Part shown: one piece after another, positions 56,730-64,000 of the stretch
Numbering within the stretch: the stretch's first letter is position 1
How the letters are laid out: every line of letters begins with the position of its first letter
From: the human T2T-CHM13v2.0 reference genome, Homo sapiens
Assembly: GCF_009914755.1 (NCBI RefSeq)
Contig: NC_060928.1
Strand: one strand, 5' to 3'
Length of the DNA stretch: 64,000 nt
Position numbers and translations under genes: made by a program
Notes under the pieces: model-generated
What the model was told of the DNA's origin: nothing
The model's input: the letters and a program-made list of their open reading frames with translations, nothing else
Databases searched by the model: none

Positions 56730-57272
56730 GCCAAGAGTCATTCCAGACATCTTCCTTCTGCAGCACAATCCCTAACATTGCAGAGTCCTGTCAATTCATG
56801 TCCCATTACTTCCAGGATAAAATCCAAACTCCTCAGTAAGGCCCCAAAGGTCTCCTGTCACCTGACTTATGGTTACTTTCTAGCTCTAGGAATTGTTTTC
56901 TTCTATTCCATCCTTGTACACTCTTCATACCCGTCATACCTATCTACCTGCTGGTTTCAAAACATGCTGAGCTGTTTTACAGTTCTACGGCTTTTCTCAG
57001 GTTTATCTTTTATTTTTTAAGATTCAGCCCTAAGATCATGTTCTCTGTGAATTATTCCCTACCTTCCTCCTCTTCCCATCTGTACCCAAGGTGGAATAGA
57101 CTTTTCTCACCTCTATGTTCCCACCATACCTTGTACAAACATATACTTGTATTATAGCACCTAGTGTCTTTATTCATCCATTTTCTAATATTGCACTTAG
57201 GATTGCATTCCCAGCATCAAATGACTGACCAATAATAAGCACAAAACAAATGTTCATTGAATAAATGAATAT
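56730..57272 (+). mobile_element. L2 3' region
   Basis: 'ggataaaatccaaactcctcag...aaatgttcattgaataaatgaat'. Confidence 0.7.
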
Positions 57273-57548
57273 ATTAAATTTCAATGGCTCTCTAATTTCA
57301 CTAGGTTGGTTCATTAACGGAAATATTAACAGCAACTTATATGTACTTCTCCACTTGTTGCTCCAAGAGATTTACAGGTTTGTGCTTCTATTTTTTTTTT
57401 TCATACTTTCAAGTAAATCTAAGTACATGGCCTCAGATGGCTTTCTCATCCTGAACTATTTTACAAAGTAGAGAAAACCAGAAAGGGAAAGCAAATGTCT
57501 CCTAGGATACTAAGTCTTCTCTTATTATTTTTAAACTCCCTGGAAGCA

Positions 57549-57550
<2 letters not shown>

Positions 57551-57590
<40 letters not shown>
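57551..57590. repeat. (AC)20 microsatellite
   Basis: Perfect run. Confidence 0.97.
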
Positions 57591-57593
<3 letters not shown>

Positions 57594-58233
57594 TGAATAC
57601 ATCATCCATTATTCGTTGCTATCTGTAAAGGTCAGCACTCTGGTATGTTTATGGATAGAACAGCATGGATACACTCTTACTGAATGATCATATAAAGATC
57701 AACCCAAAAACCTTGCAGATTGATTAGCCTTAATCATTTGGTAGCCAAATTTTGGTGTCATCTGAAGTTGAATTTTTTTAAGCAAATTTTATTATCCTAG
57801 GGAAAAAATAATAATTTTTCTAAAATGCTATGATTTCCAAATTAGAGGTGATAGGGTCCTCTCAAAACCAGTTCCAAGAAAAAGAGAATTCATGTTCCAT
57901 TTATCTTTCAGAGCCATTTTTGATGAACAACTGACCTGGAAATCTGTGCTAAAATAGGTTTATGATACCTTGTGAAATACTTTCAAGTCATTAAAAAAAA
58001 AGAATCCTCACTAATGCTTGTCACAATAATCTTGAATCCACACATATAAACCACTATACTCTAGAAACACAAAGGAGAATCCCAGGGGTGATGAATCAGA
58101 AAGCGGTATCTAGAAACAAGGTTTCAGTTACTGTCTCTCAAGTAGCTTCTCTGTACTAGAGTAGGGACAGGTGTAATAAAACAGTGCTGGCCCTCAGACA
58201 ATACTTAAACAGAAAAGATGATTTAAGCAATCA

Positions 58234-58707
<474 letters not shown>

Positions 58708-59581
58708 TCATGACATATCTATCCAGTCCAGCCAGCTATGTGAAAAAGTACCTGGATGGGTCCTTTGACTAGAACTCTATGAGAACTAACAAAATATTAA
58801 CTAGCATGACTGAATCTACTTTTTTATAAGGGCAATTTATATATTTTGCTTTTCTATAACAAAAACAAATTATGCAACTATAAGACTTATATATAAACTT
58901 TCAGGTCCTCTAAGTAAATGGAGAGACACCTTAGCCTATTAGGCCTATGAGAATGGTCTCATTCTGGTCTTCATTTCTCTCCTTCCAGAAACCTCTCTGA
59001 ATGATTTTCTACATTCCATTTGTATCTTATCCTTTTCTGTTGTTGTTGCGTATGGGCATTTTTTAACTATTTGTAGAATGTCCTTAGAATTTGTGTGGAC
59101 TTGCTCAGATTTCACTGTTTATCACAATATGCCTGGAATCAGCTTCATAAAATAGGGACAGACCATTAAATTTGTTAAGCTGAATATAGTGCCCCTTCTT
59201 TTAATGTAAGAATGATTTCCTATTTATATCCTAAATGACGGACTCTTTGTCTCCAGCCTCTTTTTCTGTCTTCAGATACTACTTTGAAAACAAGATGAAA
59301 GCCATGGAATCTCCCGAGAAAAATGTACATCTTACAGACTTTCAGTGAGTTCTGGAATACCAGGAACCAGAGCCCACACTAATGAACAGCAGTTTCCTAA
59401 CCTAATGCGAGAGATTTGAGATTTCTTCTGGCTCCCATGATCTTCTAATTGTCTTCTTAGCAAGACTAAACACATCTCCAAGAAATGTGCACTGCCATGA
59501 ATGTCTTCCAGCTATCTTCTATGACAGCACTTCCCAGTGTGTTCTGTGGAATAATGGTACAGGGTGATATTCTATGAAGAA

Positions 59582-59679
59582 AAATACGGAAAGTAATATA
59601 CTCCACAGTCCGTATATTAGATCGGACTAATAAAAATAAATATGGAAAGTAATATATTCCACAGTCATATATTAGATCG
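59582..59679. repeat. Imperfect 42-43-bp direct repeat with a 13-bp spacer
   Basis: aaata(c/t)ggaaagtaatata(c/t)tccacagtc..tatattagatcg at 59582-59624 and 59638-59679. Confidence 0.9.
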
Positions 59680-60765
59680 CCTACACAACAGCAATTTGAT
59701 ATAGTTTAATAGGATTTGAATGAATAAAATTAATGCCCACAGCTACTTTCTTCTGCCGGTAAATATTTTTCTGCCCATAATCTTGCTAAACAGAATTCAT
59801 CTGAACTTACGTTGTTGCCAACAAATATACGAACAATTATACCTAATCAAAAACAAAAACCAAACTGATGTTAAAGAAAATTAATCATTTGCTTTGAATA
59901 AATCAACTATTAAGAAAGCTTATATAATTGAGCCTAACAGTGCCAAATCATGTCTGAGATGAAATGCTGCATGATACATAATCAAACAGACATTTGCAAG
60001 AGCTGTGGGTTGGGGGAGAGTGCAAATGTTTCCCAGCACTCCTGTATGTCATGGGAGCACACAATAAAACACTTGAAAAGCTGCAATAATAAAAGGTTTA
60101 AAGAGCTGCAATAATAGGTTTTGCACACTGTAGTGGCTACTGACACTGAGAACATTTTAGAAGTTCATCTCTATCATCCAAACACTACACACCACCATAT
60201 CTATCTATTACGTTTTAATAGGAATTCTATACTAATATTTTATCCCTTTGCATCTGCTCTATTTTACTATTTGGGTCATATCTCTTGTTAGAAACAATGT
60301 TTGGCCCATCTATCCTCAATATAAATAAAAAGCTTTTACCACATAAACAAGGTCAGTTTGTTCTGTTTGAAAGATGGAGTAATGGAACTAACTGTAAGAT
60401 ATGCAATGTAAAATTTATTCCCATTTCACCTTTATATGAGTAGAAATGAAAGGGTACTCAACTAAAATATGCGTAACAATTAGGCTTTCTGTACTAGCCT
60501 TCAAATAAATATGTGTGTACTTATACAGATAATAGTGTAAATGTATGCTTTCTATAGAATGCACAGAAGAAAATATTTGATGTTTTTCTTCATGGCTTAT
60601 TTTCATTATTAAGTATTTTACCATTTGATACATGAATCTGTACTTTGTTTTCAGGTAATTGCATATATCTAGTCTGCCAATGACAGCAATTTATCATTGC
60701 ACAGAGTCAAAAATGAGATGTAATTTTATTGCTGCTAGTAGCTCAAAACAAGTCCTTTGGTCTGA

Positions 60766-61069
<304 letters not shown>

Positions 61070-62473
61070 TAATATTAAGGGAATATTTCTCAACTTTAAT
61101 TTCAGCCACACTATAGAAAATAGTCCCTTGGTTTCTGGAACATAATTGCATGTAGTCCATTTCCATACAGGATATTATCCATATCCTAATTTATATCCAT
61201 ATAAATTTAGGATTGGACTGGGTTACAAAATGAGAAGTAAAAAAAAACTTTTGAAATACTGGCAATTTATCTGCAGAAAAGGACACAAATATGTGCATTT
61301 TTTTCTTTTGTATCCCGAATGCACTAAATCATGAACAGTGTAGCTGCAACATTACCTGAAAATGAATTCTTGTGAATAATACTGTTCTTTATTTTTTATA
61401 TTTTCCAGCTTGCATTACTAAAATTACCTACTTTTTAAACATTTAGACCTCAGAGATTATTATTGGTGTTAAACATGAAACGTCAGACTGAATATTTTAT
61501 GAATGCATATTGTGTGAACATGAATTCATTCTACAAATTAGTTTTTAATTCTTTTTTTAAGATCTAATATTTAATAATACACTAATTTACTTTCCTTAGC
61601 ACTTATAGAAGTACATGACTGCTTATTTCAAAAAATTCTAAATACCCTGAGCAGGTTAAGATAGTGTCCTAAGTAAAGAATTTCCTCAAGTCTGCTTTAT
61701 GTGCCTCAGCCAGATTGGGAAAGACTGAGAAGTAAAGACACAGAAAGAATTGTTTATCTTCTTTTGCTTATATTTCCTGATTTGAGTCATCCAGAGGTGA
61801 AAGAGATTGCCTTTTCTGCAACAGAAAATAACTCAATAATGGCAAGTTGTGTAAAAGAACTAGTACGAAGCATTGAGCCAGTTTAACATACTGCCTAAAA
61901 ACTTTTAAGTTAATAAAATCAAATCCAAATGCCAAACATTATCGTTGAAAGAAAATACATACAAATGACACATTATATTTGAGACTCTATGTCTCCCTAA
62001 TTCAATGATTAGGACTTTAAGAAACTGTTCCTTAAAACATACAGTAAGATTTCCAATACCTGAGAATTTTAAATACCACTTCTTTATATTTAATAAATAG
62101 CTTAAAATTATAGCAAACTGGAATTCAGATTCTCATTTCTTTACCAAATTGGCCTCAATTTTTTTTAAATATAGTTGCTGTTCACCAGCTCTAAACAATC
62201 AACAAAAAATGCAGAACAAAAAGAAGTGGAGAGGAGTGACAAATCACAATTTGGTGGGAAAAGAGGAAAAGAATGAGAAAGCATTCGATATTCATTGCCC
62301 CAAAACAATGGAGACCTGTACACAGGCACCATGGTAATTACTTACATCTTCCCTATGTCCCACTAGTACATATTAATAATTTAGTTTCTATTACTAGTCA
62401 CTTACCTACACAGAAGAAACTGATACATTTTGGAATTTATATGACTTAACTACATGGCTTTTAAGAAGTATCC

Positions 62474-62808
62474 TACTATAGTTTGACTGTCTGTCCCCTC
62501 CAAAACTCATGTTGCAATTTAGTTGCCACTGTAACAGTATTAAGAGATGGGACCTTTAACAGGTGAGTAGACCATGAGGGCTCCCCCCTCACTGGGGGAC
62601 TTCTACCATTATAAGGGTGAGTTCAGCCACTCCTGTCCTCTCTTACCCTCCTGCCTTCACCATGTGATGACATAGCAAGAAGGCCTTCACAAGATGCCAT
62701 GCCTTGATATTGGACTTCCCAGACTCCAGAAGTGTGAGCCAATAAATTTCTGTTCATTATACATTACCCAGTCTGTGATATTCTGATAAAAAAGCACAAA
62801 ACAGAACA
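62474..62808 (+). mobile_element. MST (MSTC/D-like) MaLR LTR
   Basis: 'gtcccctccaaaactcatgttg...ttggacttcccagactccagaagtgtgagccaataaatttctg'. Confidence 0.8.
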
Positions 62809-62863
62809 TGTCCTTTGGTAAGTTATGAAACTGCACTCTATTCCAGGTTTCCCCTAGACAGTC

Positions 62864-63247
62864 TGTAATAGTCTGTTTTATATTGCTATAAAGAAATGCC
62901 TGAAGCTGAGTAATTTATTAAGAAAAGAGGTTTATTTAGCTCACAGTTCTACAGGTTGTAAAAGGAACATGACACCAACATCTGCCTCTGGTTAGAGCCT
63001 CAGGAAGCTTTCAATCACAGGGAAGGTGAAGTGGGAGCAGTTATGTCACACGGTGAGTGTGAGCAAGAGAGGTGCCATGCTCTTTTAAACAACAGCTCTT
63101 GTGTGAACTAACAGAGTGAGAACTCACACATTACCATGGGGACAGCACCAAACCATTCATAAGGGTTCCATCCCATGACCGAAACACCTCCACGAGGATC
63201 ACATTTCAACACAAGATTTGGAGGGGACAAAGGTCCAAACTGTAGCA
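62864..63247 (-). mobile_element. MSTA/B MaLR LTR
   Basis: 'ttgctataaagaaatgcctg...aagaggtttatttagctcacag...gatttggaggggaca'; TSD cagtc. Confidence 0.9.
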
Positions 63248-63295
63248 CAGTCTCAACCCAGTTATTTCAATTATCTATTTCTAATAAGTAAACAA

Positions 63296-63554
63296 GTCAC
63301 CCAATTACCATGGTGTGATCATAGCTCATTGGAGCCTCAACCTCCTGGGTTCAAGTGATCTTCCTGCCTCAGCCACTTGAGTAGCTGAGACTACAGGCAT
63401 GCGTAACCATGCTCGGCTAATTTTTGTATTTTTTGTAGACAAGGTTTCACCATGTTGCCCAGGTTGGTGGTCTTGAACTCCTGGGCTCTAGCAATCCTCC
63501 TGCCTCAGCCTCCCAAAGTGTTGGGATTACAGGCATGAACCACCCTACCCGGCC
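63296..63554 (-). mobile_element. AluJ lacking its tail
   Basis: 'gatcatagctcattggagcctcaacctcc...ggattacaggcatgaaccacc'. Confidence 0.85.
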
Positions 63555-63873
63555 TACAGCTACTCACCTTAATAAAACAAATATATTAGCTTAGGCAATG
63601 ATTTTAATTTCATTCTATATTTGCAACTGTAGACATGCAAAGGGGTTATCCATACACAATCATGTGAATGTCAGCCTACCTTATTATATAGTAAAAGGCT
63701 AATATAAAGAATTCTCCATAGAAAGTGAGAAACTGTGTGAGTGGAACATTTTAAGTATTTGCCTTTACATCAGTTTAAAGATCTAGGGACACAATTTTAA
63801 AGAAGCACTGTAAGATTAAGGTGAGGATAATGACAACTGCATTATTTCTCTCTCCCCAATAAGAGACAGTTGG

Positions 63874-64000
63874 TGACTTAGTCCTTTTGTGCTGCTGTAA
63901 CAAAATACCACAGGCTGAGTAATTTATAAAAACAATAGAAATTTATGCTGGGCATGGTGGCTTGCGCCTGTAATCTCAGCTACTCAAAAGGCTGAGACAA
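63874..64000. mobile_element. MaLR LTR fragment (-) followed by the start of an Alu (+, from 63947), cut by the window edge
   Basis: 'cttagtccttttgtgctgctgtaacaaaataccac'; 'gctgggcatggtggcttgcgcctgtaatc'. Confidence 0.75.

Overview
AT-rich, repeat-dense primate (hominoid, probably human) non-coding DNA. I found no host protein-coding exon, RNA gene, CRISPR array or prokaryotic system. Bases 1-33,000 are mostly nested transposable elements: an old ERVL provirus broken by at least eight younger insertions, plus L1, L2, MaLR, ERV1 solo LTRs, DNA transposons and Alus. The centre holds two independently inserted HERV-H proviruses facing each other (33039-37780 +, type II/LTR7B-like LTRs; 39807-44192 -, type I/LTR7 LTRs), 2 kb apart and with largely complementary internal deletions. 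The left provirus has a 300-codon ESRG-like leader ORF. The right one has an extra R-U5 copy of a different LTR variant and a mutated 5' TATA box. Bases 44,200-64,000 are more unique sequence with scattered Alu, MIR, L2, MITE and MaLR copies. Subfamily names come from recalled consensus sequences, not from a database search, and boundaries of old elements are approximate.
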